Shown here one piece after another: positions 9,851 to 18,997 of a stretch of DNA of 64,000 nucleotides. Made by a program: the position numbers and the translations under genes. Source of the DNA: Methanothrix sp. (GTDB lineage Archaea; Halobacteriota; Methanosarcinia; Methanotrichales; Methanotrichaceae); NCBI GenBank assembly GCA_963682135.1, contig OY821645.1, positions 640,001 to 704,000 on the forward strand, in the 5' to 3' direction. A model generated the notes under the pieces. The model did no database searches. It had not been told where the DNA came from and saw only the letters and a list, made by a program, of their open reading frames with translations. How positions within the stretch are numbered: the stretch's first letter is position 1; each line of letters begins with the position of its first letter.

Positions 9851-12436
9851 ATGGGCTATTATGTCTTCATCAGCTATTCTCATAAGGATTCCCAGTATAT
9901 TTTAAAGCTTGCCGACTACCTGCGTAATTTCAGAATCTCAATATGGATAGATAATCGGAATCTCGATGGTGGGCAGATATGGAATGAAGAGATAAAAAAG
10001 GCTTTGCAGGAATGCAATTACTTCCTGATAGCTCTTTCCACGTATTCAGCGAAATCAGAAGAGGTCAAAAAAGAGCTTGATGCAGCTCTCTCATCCGGGA
10101 GAGCCATAGTCCCAATAATGATTGAGGACTGCAATATCCCTGAAGAGATCAGGTCCCTGCATTGCATCGATTTTAAAGAGAGAGACCTAAATGATTCTGT
10201 GGCAATCAATTCGCTGCTGAGAGCATTGAACCTTGTCACCAATCCAGGCGATCGGCCTTTCCAGATAGACCGTCCTCCTCGAGATTTTACAGGTCGCACA
10301 ATAGAGATCGAAGAAATGCTCTCCCAGTTCGAGAGGGGAATTACCATCTCTGGATTTCATGGCATGGGCGGCGTAGGAAAGACCGCGCTGGCTTATGTTT
10401 TGGCCGAGAAGTTGAGAGATAACTATCCTGACGGCCAGATACTGGTAAAGATGGAGGGTACAAGCCAAAATCCATTAAATCCGATCGCAGCGATGGAGAA
10501 AATAATTCATGCCTATGAGCCAATGGCCAGCCTGCCCGGAAACGATGAAGAAATTACAGCTAGATTTGAAAGGCTAATGAGAGAAAAGCGCGCTCTGATC
10601 CTGCTGGACAATGCTAAAAATAGCGAGCAAGTAAAGCCTCTGCTCGATAAGTTGCCAGGTACCTGCGCAGTGATAATAACATCTCGCCATATCTTTGCTT
10701 TGCCAGGAATGAAGAGAAAGGATTTGAATGTTCTGAAGCCGGAAGAAGCCACAGAACTCTTGCTGAGGATTTGTGGATATGATCTTGCCGACCCCAATTT
10801 TGCAGAGAAAGAAGAGATATGCAGGGAGATCGCCAGCCTCTGCGGCCATCTCCCCCTGGCCCTGCGCCTGGCAGGCACATTTCTGGTCAACACCAGAGAT
10901 CTGAGCCCTGAGGATTACGCCGGGAGCCTTAAGGATGAGAGAAGCAGGCTGGAGCATATCGATAAAGGCAGCAAGAGTAGCAGAGAGATCAGCGTGCAGG
11001 CAAGCCTGCTTCTGTCTTACTCCCGCCTGCCTGCTGAAGCTGCCAGGGTCTTCCGCCTCCTCTCCGTCTTTCCCCTTGACTTCGATTCCGGGGCGGAGGA
11101 GGCTGTTTGCCAGGATAAGGATCACGAGCAGCTCAGCGAGCTATTGCGCTGGAACTTGGTCGACTACCAGGAGGAGAACAAACGCTACCGGTTACATGAC
11201 CTGGTGAGGATCTTTGCTTCCGCCAAGCTCTTGGAGGTAGATGGCGAGGATGCGAGAGACGAGGCCAGACAGAGACATGCTGAGCGCTACAGAGATGTGC
11301 TCTCTTCTGCTACTGAGATCTATAAAAATGGAAATGCTCTGGCGGGATTGAATATATTCGACCTGGAAAGGATGAATATCGAGTCTGCCTGGGCCTGGGC
11401 AAAAGAGAATCTAGCCAAAAGCAATGCTGCAGCCACCATATGCAGCTCTTTTCTCAACTGGCCATATTTGCTTGATCTGCGCCATCATCCGAGAGAGCGC
11501 ATTTTGTGGATGGAGACGGCTCTCTCTGCAGCTCGGCGGCTGAATGATCGAAGCATGGAAGGAGTGCATCTGGGCAACCTGGGCATCGCATACAAAAACC
11601 TGGGCGACGCCCGCAAGGCCATCGAATACTACGAGCAGCATCTCGTCATCGCCCGCGAGATTGGGGACCGAAGGGGCGAGGGTAATGCGCTGGGCAACCT
11701 GGGCTTGGCCTACGCCGCTCTGGGCGACTCCCGCCAGGCCATCGAGTACTACGAGCAGCATCTCGTCATCGCCCGCGAGATTGGGGACCGAAGGGGCGAG
11801 GGTAATGCGCTGGGCAACCTGGGCCTGGCCTACGCCGCTCTGGGCGACGCTCGCCATGCCATCGAGTACTACGAGCAGGCGCTGGCCATTTTACGCGAGA
11901 TCGGGGACAGAAGGGGCGAGGGTGCTGATCTGGGCAACCTGGGCAGCGCATACTACGCGCTGGACGACGCCCGCCAGGCCATCGAGTACTACGAGCAGGC
12001 TCTGGCCATTTTACGCGAGATCGGAGACCGAAGGGGTGAGGGTGCTGGTCTGGGCAACCTGGGCTTGGCCTATGCCGCTTTGGGCGACGCCCGCAAGGCC
12101 ATCGAGTATTACGAGCAGGCTCTGGCCATCGCCCGCGAGATCGGGGACAGAAGGGGCGAGGGTGCTGATCTGGGCTGCCTGGGCAGCGCTTTTTACAGAT
12201 TAGATGATATCGATAAATCCCAGGATTACTACCAGCAGCAACTCAAGATTGCACAGGAGATAGGCGATCGCAATGGCGAAGCCAATGCCCTCTGGGGTCA
12301 GGCCATCTGCCTGAAAAAGAAAAACGATCCCGTACAAGCCATTGCAAAAACGGAAAGCGCATTGAGGATCTTCGAGCAGATCGAGTCGCCCAGTGCATCA
12401 ACCATGCGTGAATTGCTGGCCGAGTGGAAGAAGTAG
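9851..12436 (+). CDS. TIR + NB-ARC (STAND ATPase) + TPR protein, NLR-like
   Basis: VFISYSHKD...EVKKEL TIR; GMGGVGKT Walker A; LILLDNA Walker B; GHLPLAL; LHDLVR; C-terminal TPRs. Confidence 0.93.
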   Translation: MGYYVFISYSHKDSQYILKLADYLRNFRISIWIDNRNLDGGQIWNEEIKKALQECNYFLIALSTYSAKSEEVKKELDAALSSGRAIVPIMIEDCNIPEEIRSLHCIDFKERDLNDSVAINSLLRALNLVTNPGDRPFQIDRPPRDFTGRTIEIEEMLSQFERGITISGFHGMGGVGKTALAYVLAEKLRDNYPDGQILVKMEGTSQNPLNPIAAMEKIIHAYEPMASLPGNDEEITARFERLMREKRALILLDNAKNSEQVKPLLDKLPGTCAVIITSRHIFALPGMKRKDLNVLKPEEATELLLRICGYDLADPNFAEKEEICREIASLCGHLPLALRLAGTFLVNTRDLSPEDYAGSLKDERSRLEHIDKGSKSSREISVQASLLLSYSRLPAEAARVFRLLSVFPLDFDSGAEEAVCQDKDHEQLSELLRWNLVDYQEENKRYRLHDLVRIFASAKLLEVDGEDARDEARQRHAERYRDVLSSATEIYKNGNALAGLNIFDLERMNIESAWAWAKENLAKSNAAATICSSFLNWPYLLDLRHHPRERILWMETALSAARRLNDRSMEGVHLGNLGIAYKNLGDARKAIEYYEQHLVIAREIGDRRGEGNALGNLGLAYAALGDSRQAIEYYEQHLVIAREIGDRRGEGNALGNLGLAYAALGDARHAIEYYEQALAILREIGDRRGEGADLGNLGSAYYALDDARQAIEYYEQALAILREIGDRRGEGAGLGNLGLAYAALGDARKAIEYYEQALAIAREIGDRRGEGADLGCLGSAFYRLDDIDKSQDYYQQQLKIAQEIGDRNGEANALWGQAICLKKKNDPVQAIAKTESALRIFEQIESPSASTMRELLAEWKK
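11558..12190 (+). repeat. Tandem 120-bp (40-aa) TPR repeats with high internal DNA identity
   Basis: Units start at 11558, 11678, 11798, 11918, 12038, 12158; EGxxLGNLGxAYxxLxDxRxAIEYYEQxLxIxREIGDRRG. Confidence 0.95.
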
Positions 12437-12526
12437 CCCCTTCTGAACGGCAGCCGACACCCTCCGGCAGATGCCCTCGCGCCTTTGACAAAGCCCGCTT
12501 AAAAAGAATAGGAAAAAATAGAAACC

Positions 12527-14563
12527 CTACGCCCTGCTCTCTAGAGCCTCCTGCAGTCCCGGAACCGCTCCCGCTCCCGCAGGCACAGTCAGATTGGCTC
12601 CCACAAAGTCCTGGCCGATGGGCTGGAAGCTGCCGCCCAGGTGAGCAGCCAGGAACGCCTCGGCAATGGCGTAGAAAGAGAGCCGGTTCTCGGGCCTGGC
12701 AAACCCGTGACCCTCGTCGCCGTAGAGCACATAGGTCACAGGAAGCCCTTTGGCCTGCATGGCTTTGACGATCTGGTCTGACTCATTCTGCTTGACGCGC
12801 GGATCATTGGCACCCTGGCCGATGAGCAGGGGCCTCTCTATTCTCTCCACGTAACTGAGCGGCGAGCGCTCTCTCAGCAGCTTCTTGCCCTCCTCAGTGC
12901 GAAAATCGCCTACCCTCTTGGTATAGTGCTCGATCTCCGGCTTCCAGTAGGGTGGAATGGTCTCCAGGAGCGTTATCAGGTTGGAGGGGCCTACGATATC
13001 AACCGCACAGGCAAAGGTCTCCGGGGTGAAGGTCAATCCGGCCAGAGCAGCATAACCGCCGTAGCTTCCTCCCATGATGGCAATCTTCTTTGGATCAGCG
13101 ATCTTCTTCTCCACCGACCAGTTTACCGCATCTATCAGGTCATCCTGCATCTTCCTGCCCCACTCCAGGTTTCCGGCATTGATGAAGCTCTTGCCCAGGC
13201 CGGTGGAACCGCGGAAGTTAACGCTCAAAACGGCGTAACCCCGGTTGGCCAGCCACTGATGGGTGGATTCAAAGCCCCAGTAATCGCGGCCCCATGGTCC
13301 TCCGTGCACATACAAAACCATTGGGAGCGGCTCATCCGGCAGCCCATCGCCATTCTTATCGCTGTTACACGGCAGGGTGTAGTAGCAGACCATATCCAGG
13401 CCGTCGCGCGATTTTATGACGGCGGGAATCATCCTGGACAGGAGCAGTCCCTGCAGCTTTTCTCTGTCTGTGAAGAGGAAAGAAGCCTTCTTCAGAGTAC
13501 GGTCATAGCGGTAGTAGCGCGCCGGACCATTGTCCTTGGTGAAGACGACAATCCAAACCTTATCGTCCAGGGTACGGCTTACTACCGACATGTCCCCATC
13601 TTCCATCTTGCTAAGAAAGTCGATATCCAGCTGGATGGACGGGTCCATGATCTTCCATGCGACCCGATCATAGTAAAATGCCACCGCCTGCACAGTCTTC
13701 TCTGTAGGGTGAGTCATAGCACCGTAAAGGTCAGATTTAGGGTCTTCTGCCAAAAGAGAACTCTTATTCGTATTCATATCAAAGGCATAAAGAGCGGCCG
13801 TATTTCTGCCTCTGCTATCGATAAGGTAGCTCACTTCATTGCTCTTGTTAAATCCGGAAAAGCCGGTGGTGAGGGCATCCTCCATCTCGATCTTCTGGAA
13901 GGGCACCCAGCTGCCGTTTTCGGCTGGCTTGAAGATCTGGGTTCCTCCGTCCGGCGTCATGTTGCTGGCCATCCTCACCTGGAAATCGTTATCGATCTCA
14001 AAGTTAGAGAACTCTTTATTCTCGAGGATTAGTGTCATGTTTCCGGTCTCGAAATTGAGCCTGTAGAGATCGTGATACTCAGGGTCACGCTTATTCATGG
14101 CAATAATAGCTTCATGAGGGTGATTGAGGCTAATAGCCCTGATCTCGGCCCGGACACCTTCAAAAGGCGTGAGGTCCAGGATCTTGCCGCTGCTGAGATT
14201 GACGCTGTAAATGCGCCAGTTCTCGTCTCCATTGGCATCCTGCTGGTAGAGGATATGCTGACCGGTGTAAGACCAGAGGTAGCTTCTAATGCCGCGATAT
14301 GTGTCATTGGTCACCGGCTTTGCCGTCTCCGGTGCATCAGCTCGCCCCACCCAAATATTGAGCACTCCGTCTCTCGGGGCGAGAAAGCTGATATTTGAAC
14401 CGTCGGGGCTGATTCTGGTGGTGATTTTGTCCGGATTGCCAAAGAGCAGATCCCGAGAAATAAGTGAACTAATATTTCTATTCAGCTCTCCAGCCTTCGT
14501 ATCAGCGCCAGCCAAGGACGCCAGCAGGATCGTAAAAATGATAATAATAAGAAAATTTTTCAT
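12527..14563 (-). CDS. S9 family peptidase (dipeptidyl/acylaminoacyl peptidase), secreted
   Basis: Signal peptide, VHGGPW, GGSYGG, NDPRV, EGHGF. Confidence 0.93.
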   Translation of the reverse strand: MKNFLIIIIFTILLASLAGADTKAGELNRNISSLISRDLLFGNPDKITTRISPDGSNISFLAPRDGVLNIWVGRADAPETAKPVTNDTYRGIRSYLWSYTGQHILYQQDANGDENWRIYSVNLSSGKILDLTPFEGVRAEIRAISLNHPHEAIIAMNKRDPEYHDLYRLNFETGNMTLILENKEFSNFEIDNDFQVRMASNMTPDGGTQIFKPAENGSWVPFQKIEMEDALTTGFSGFNKSNEVSYLIDSRGRNTAALYAFDMNTNKSSLLAEDPKSDLYGAMTHPTEKTVQAVAFYYDRVAWKIMDPSIQLDIDFLSKMEDGDMSVVSRTLDDKVWIVVFTKDNGPARYYRYDRTLKKASFLFTDREKLQGLLLSRMIPAVIKSRDGLDMVCYYTLPCNSDKNGDGLPDEPLPMVLYVHGGPWGRDYWGFESTHQWLANRGYAVLSVNFRGSTGLGKSFINAGNLEWGRKMQDDLIDAVNWSVEKKIADPKKIAIMGGSYGGYAALAGLTFTPETFACAVDIVGPSNLITLLETIPPYWKPEIEHYTKRVGDFRTEEGKKLLRERSPLSYVERIERPLLIGQGANDPRVKQNESDQIVKAMQAKGLPVTYVLYGDEGHGFARPENRLSFYAIAEAFLAAHLGGSFQPIGQDFVGANLTVPAGAGAVPGLQEALESRA

Positions 14564-14621
14564 CGTCCAATCTCCTAGTTGCAGCAACTAACCTCAACCT
14601 CTTCCAGATATAAATAAATAG

Positions 14622-15098
14622 TCACATAGTCTCGGTAGCTATGAGAAATCCAATGGCTCTTTCCGCCAGAGGGTATCTATGCACCAGTGCCTTGAACCTC
14701 TTGCCGTGATTGGGTTCAAGAAGATGGGCAAGCTCGTGCACAATCACATAATCCTCAACCCACTGGGGTAGATTGGCCAGCTTGCTGCTGATTAGAATCG
14801 TCCGGGCGGTACAATTGCATGACCCGCGCCTTCGCTCCTGGTTTGAAGAGTAGCGAATGCTGTTCCAGCGCAAAGAACCCTGGAAGTATTTGCTGTTTAG
14901 AAGGCAGGCTCTTTCATGCAGATGATTGTCATCCTTGGGATAGACCCGCTTCTCCAGTCGAGAACGCAGTTTCTCTATGTGACCATGCAAAACAGCGTCC
15001 GAGATAGAGGCCGGTGCCAAGACCTCCATCTTTCCTCCCACCATCCTGGCCTGGATGGTCTTTTTGCGTCGCGCTGATCTCTTTATCAGAACCTCCAA
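14622..15098 (-). CDS. YgjP/DUF45 (M48-like) metal-dependent hydrolase
   Basis: RSARRKKTI, RGSC, DYVIVHELAHL; start uncertain (TTG 15098 chosen). Confidence 0.85.
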   Translation of the reverse strand: MEVLIKRSARRKKTIQARMVGGKMEVLAPASISDAVLHGHIEKLRSRLEKRVYPKDDNHLHERACLLNSKYFQGSLRWNSIRYSSNQERRRGSCNCTARTILISSKLANLPQWVEDYVIVHELAHLLEPNHGKRFKALVHRYPLAERAIGFLIATETM

Positions 15099-15210
15099 AG
15101 CGTTAGCCTCCCTGGTGCAACAATGGTTCTCTGGCTGGCTATTAATAACTTTCTTATTTGATGGTAGTATATAAAAAATAACGAAGTAAGTCTCAAAAAG
15201 ATTCTCCACC

Positions 15211-15711
15211 TCAAGAGCAGGGCAGCCAGTCCACGCAAATCTCTCCAGGAGGACTGCCTGACCAAAGCTGTATAAACTTCTCAATGGAGAATACCCCTGT
15301 CAGATCCTCTACGCTGCGACCCAATAGCTGATGGCGGCCCATGCGAGAGCTTGCCGGATCGATTGATTGCCAGGCGATGTGGGCTTTGCCTATCACATTG
15401 GAATTTATGCTGGCCTCAAGACCGCCTGCGCCGTTAACGGCTGAGCTTAAATCCCGGCTGTCGCCCGGCTCCCCGGCATCGGAAGGATCGGACTGCATCC
15501 CATAAGCTACAGTATTTACCTGCGTATTTCTCTGCAGATGCTCTATGTCAGTGTACGCCTCGGTCAATGATGCTCCTGTATCATAATTCTTGATGGTGAG
15601 GATATCCTTCTGGACGGCGTTGTTCATAGCTTCTGCAAAACTCACGGGCATTCCTTGCACCCCGGAAATCAGAAACGCTGCTGCCAAGATCAGACAGAGC
15701 TGCTTGAGCAT
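15211..15711 (-). CDS. Secreted hypothetical protein
   Basis: Signal peptide; EDLTGVFSIEKFIQL C-terminal segment. Confidence 0.75.
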   Translation of the reverse strand: MLKQLCLILAAAFLISGVQGMPVSFAEAMNNAVQKDILTIKNYDTGASLTEAYTDIEHLQRNTQVNTVAYGMQSDPSDAGEPGDSRDLSSAVNGAGGLEASINSNVIGKAHIAWQSIDPASSRMGRHQLLGRSVEDLTGVFSIEKFIQLWSGSPPGEICVDWLPCS

Positions 15712-15820
15712 TTCCCAACACCTCTGATCGATATTTGTCGAACATTTATTTCAAGCTATTGCTCAATTTAATGAAATCGACGAAAGATGCCCGCTAAAAA
15801 AAGAAATGGACTTTACAGGC

Positions 15821-16495
15821 TCACTGCATATCTTGCGTGCTCATGCTTGGAGCTGTCGGTTGTTCCTGCTCCATGTCTTGCAGGGTTAGCTCTCGGTTCT
15901 GCCGGGCAGCCTCATGAGAAGAGTCAAGGGTGAGAGCTTTGCTAAAGCAGGTCAAAGCATCCTGATATCTTCCCATTTGCCGTAGAACGACGCCTTTGTT
16001 ATTCCAGCCGGATGGGTCACGGGACCTGACTTGAGTGGCTTTTTCGAAGCAATCCAGAGAGCCGGAAAGGTCGCCTTCATTGGCCAGAGCCATGCCCTTT
16101 CCAATCAAAGCGTCATAATAAGATGGATTTGCCTGCAGAACCTGGTCAAAAATGACAATGGCCTCGCTGTATTTATTCAATCCCTGAGAAAGCGCAATTG
16201 CCAGCAGGTTCATAGATGCGAGATCGGAGGCATTGATTTCAAGCGATTTATCAAAACAAGAGATCGCGTCATCAATTCTGCCCAAGTTGGCCAGAGCTTT
16301 TCCTTTATTATTCAACAGGTCAGTGCTGTTCGGCTCCAGTTCCAGGGCCTTATCATAGCTTGCAGCCGCCTTTTCAAAGTCACCGGAAATGAAGTACTCA
16401 TTGGCCTGGTCAGACCAGAACTTTGCCGATTCTCCCATGGCCGGCAGGACTAATATCGACGCCAGCACAGCGATAATAGTAATTGCGAGTTTCAT
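15821..16495 (-). CDS. Secreted TPR protein
   Basis: Signal peptide and several TPRs. Confidence 0.9.
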   Translation of the reverse strand: MKLAITIIAVLASILVLPAMGESAKFWSDQANEYFISGDFEKAAASYDKALELEPNSTDLLNNKGKALANLGRIDDAISCFDKSLEINASDLASMNLLAIALSQGLNKYSEAIVIFDQVLQANPSYYDALIGKGMALANEGDLSGSLDCFEKATQVRSRDPSGWNNKGVVLRQMGRYQDALTCFSKALTLDSSHEAARQNRELTLQDMEQEQPTAPSMSTQDMQ

Positions 16496-16548
16496 GGAAG
16501 GCTCTTCTTAAACGAAGGTGTAAATATCTCTACCCCTTGACTTAACTA

Positions 16549-17100
16549 CTATCCGCCATTCCTTTTTATTTCATCCATAAACTTGTTCCATTTTTTCGCC
16601 TGGTCAACCTTTCGCCTGATCAGGTCCTCTGCGCCGTATTCTGTCAGTGTGCCATGTTCTCTCTTCTTTAGGATATCCTTGAGATCCAAAAGGGCTCTAA
16701 TTATGCTGGCAGCTTCATCGTGAAGCTCTACTGCCTGTTTTAGGTTCAGCTTTGCCGCCTTGAGATCTTCCTCGTCTTTCTTCTCCTTCTTATCCAATAT
16801 CTCGATCAACTCGTTAATCTGCAGCCGCTCTTCATCTGTTATCTCCTTCTCGTTGATCAATCTCCAGATGAGGCGATGCAGATCAACTCGACCCTGTCCG
16901 GCATGAATTTCGGGCGGCAGATCCTTTTCCGTCTGATGATACTTTTCCATCTCGCTTCGGAGATCATTGCCGTCTATCTGCATCTGCTCCGGTTCTGTAG
17001 CTCCTACCCATACCAAGAAATGATGAAGACTGGCCAGCAGTTTTGTTCGTTCCGCCTCTGTCAGATAATCAGTAATGTCCTTTTTTTCAATTTCAGACAT
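16549..17100 (-). CDS. Conserved archaeal coiled-coil protein (DUF5788-like)
   Basis: ERTKLLASLHHFLVWVG...IIRALLDLK; ATG 17100 with GAGG upstream. Confidence 0.7.
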   Translation of the reverse strand: MSEIEKKDITDYLTEAERTKLLASLHHFLVWVGATEPEQMQIDGNDLRSEMEKYHQTEKDLPPEIHAGQGRVDLHRLIWRLINEKEITDEERLQINELIEILDKKEKKDEEDLKAAKLNLKQAVELHDEAASIIRALLDLKDILKKREHGTLTEYGAEDLIRRKVDQAKKWNKFMDEIKRNGG

Positions 17101-17289
17101 GAATCCTCTTCGAATCGTTTTGCATTTATCTTCGGCCCTGAGATCATGCCGGCTCGCCAGAAGCGTTTTGGCGATGCTGCGCGGCGGGATGCAACGCCAA
17201 TCGAACGCGGTCAATTGGTTGTCTATCTACCTGACCATTATGCGCAATACTTGAGGTCATCTCCGAGGCCTTTTTTTGCATTGGGCGGC

Positions 17290-17302
17290 AAAAGTTTTAT
17301 AG
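17290..17302 (+). promoter_or_regulatory. Putative BRE/TATA promoter for leuA
   Basis: AAAAG-TTTTATAG about 25-30 nt before ATG 17325, implying a leaderless mRNA. Confidence 0.55.
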
Positions 17303-17324
17303 CTATGGATGCTATCCTTGATCT

Positions 17325-17381
17325 ATGACACACGAAACCTCTGTGGGGAATCGTCTTCTACGACGTTCGTTCGCTTGTTGA
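17325..17381 (+). other. Short upstream ORF overlapping the leuA 5' end ([18 protein letters not shown])
   Basis: ATG at predicted transcript start; CTT CTA at 17355-17360; leuA lies in its +1 frame. Confidence 0.55.
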
Positions 17382-18897
17382 TGAAAAAGTCCGCATTTTT
17401 GACACGACTCTTAGGGATGGCGAGCAGACTCCCGGCGTATCACTCAATTTGGACGATAAGCTCAAGATCGCAAGGCAGCTTGATAAACTCGGTGTGAATG
17501 TTATCGAGGCTGGTTTTCCCGTATCCTCCAAAGGCGAGTTTGACAGCGTCCGGCAGATTGCCAGAGAGGGCTTGCAAGCCCAGGTCTGCGGCCTCTCTCG
17601 CATTGTGAAAAAGGATGCTCAGGCATGTCTTGATGCCGATGTGGGCATGGTGCATGTCTTCGTCCCTACCTCCGACATCCAGATAGCTCATACTATTAAG
17701 AAGAGCCATGATGAGATTGTGGCCGGAGCAATGGAGACTGTGCAGTTTGTCAAGGACAACGGCAGAACATGTCTCTTCTCTGCCATGGATGCCACCCGCA
17801 CCTCGCCGGAGTTCTTGCATCGCATCTTCAAGGCAGTGGAAGAAGTGCACTGCGATATAATCAATATCCCGGACACGGTAGGAGTAGCAGCTCCATCTGC
17901 TTTCTACCGTTTTGTCAAGGATATCTGCGATGATGTGGATATGGTAGTTGATGTGCACTGCCACAACGACTTCGGTCTGGCTGTGGCTAACAGCCTGGCG
18001 GCAGTCGAGGCAGGAGCCAGAGAGGTCCAGGTCTGCGTAAACGGACTGGGCGAGAGAGCTGGCAACGCCAACCTGGCCGAGACAGTGATGAGCTTGCATG
18101 CCATTTATGGTGCTCGCACCAGCATAAAGACGGAATACCTGGTGGAGACAGGCCGCATGGTAGAGCGGCTCACCGGGGTTAAGATTCCCATAACCGCACC
18201 CATCATAGGCGATAATGCCTTCTCCCATGAGAGCGGCATTCACAGCCACGGAGTTATCGAGAACAGCAAGACCTTTGAGCCAGGCATCATGACACCGGAG
18301 ATGGTAGGCCACAAGAGACGCATAGTCATGGGCAAGCACACGGGACGGCACGCTGTGGCCAAGGTGTTGGAGGAAGGGGGCTACCTGCCCACGGAAGAGC
18401 AGCTCCAGGAAATCCTGGAGAGGATCAAAGAGCTGGGCGACAAAGGAAAGCAGATTGCCAATATCGATCTTCAAGCCATTGCCGATGTGGTGATAGGAGA
18501 AGTGGCCAAAGGCAGTCAGGCTGTGATTCTCAAAGAGGTCTCAGTCATGACCGGCAACATCATCACCCCCACAGCAACCGTAAAGGCCCTGGTACGAGGT
18601 AAAGAGAAAGTTCTCGCCCATATCGGCGTGGGGCCGGTGGATGCCGCCGTAAATGCCGTGCAGGGCCTCCTGGAAAGCGATACATCAATTCACCTCTGCG
18701 ACTTTCGAATTGAGGCCATTAGCGGCGGGGCCGATGCCCTGGCGGAAGTGGTGATTGGCGTAGAGGACGACCGGGGACGCAAGGTCAGCGCCAGATCGGC
18801 ACGCGAGGATATAGTCATGGCTTCAGTGGAGGCTCTGGTCAGCGCCATAAACCGTTTGATGCTCCTCAATGACGCAGCAGAACGCAAGAAGGCTTGA
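17341..18897 (+). CDS. leuA: 2-isopropylmalate synthase (start non-canonical)
   Basis: [17 protein letters not shown] lies upstream of the track's TTG 17449; HCHNDFG, GERAGN, HESGIH, C-terminal regulatory domain; open frame begins after TGA 17326-17328. Confidence 0.85.
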   Translation: MWGIVFYDVRSLVDEKVRIFDTTLRDGEQTPGVSLNLDDKLKIARQLDKLGVNVIEAGFPVSSKGEFDSVRQIAREGLQAQVCGLSRIVKKDAQACLDADVGMVHVFVPTSDIQIAHTIKKSHDEIVAGAMETVQFVKDNGRTCLFSAMDATRTSPEFLHRIFKAVEEVHCDIINIPDTVGVAAPSAFYRFVKDICDDVDMVVDVHCHNDFGLAVANSLAAVEAGAREVQVCVNGLGERAGNANLAETVMSLHAIYGARTSIKTEYLVETGRMVERLTGVKIPITAPIIGDNAFSHESGIHSHGVIENSKTFEPGIMTPEMVGHKRRIVMGKHTGRHAVAKVLEEGGYLPTEEQLQEILERIKELGDKGKQIANIDLQAIADVVIGEVAKGSQAVILKEVSVMTGNIITPTATVKALVRGKEKVLAHIGVGPVDAAVNAVQGLLESDTSIHLCDFRIEAISGGADALAEVVIGVEDDRGRKVSARSAREDIVMASVEALVSAINRLMLLNDAAERKKA

Positions 18898-18937
18898 ATT
18901 TCAGGCCTTCCATCTATTTTATCGATATCTTTATTTT

Positions 18938-18973
18938 GAATACCCTGCAGCTTGCTGCGCGGGTGCGCTGCCG
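18938..18973. repeat. REP-like palindrome, same family as 4060-4189
   Basis: Reverse complement CGGCAGCGCACCCGCGCAGCAAGCTGCAGGGTATTC; lies between convergent genes. Confidence 0.6.
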
Positions 18974-18997
18974 TTTTATGCGCGTTCTTTTGTCATT

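Noticed and set aside
11558-12190. CRISPR array or DGR target
   Set aside because: Units are in-frame coding TPRs without unique spacers; variation is not visibly adenine-restricted and no reverse transcriptase is present in the window
12926-14032. 368-aa plus-strand ORF
   Set aside because: Antisense shadow of the S9 peptidase with no motifs; the same applies to 17440-18474 (leuA) and 50277-51383 (ilvC)
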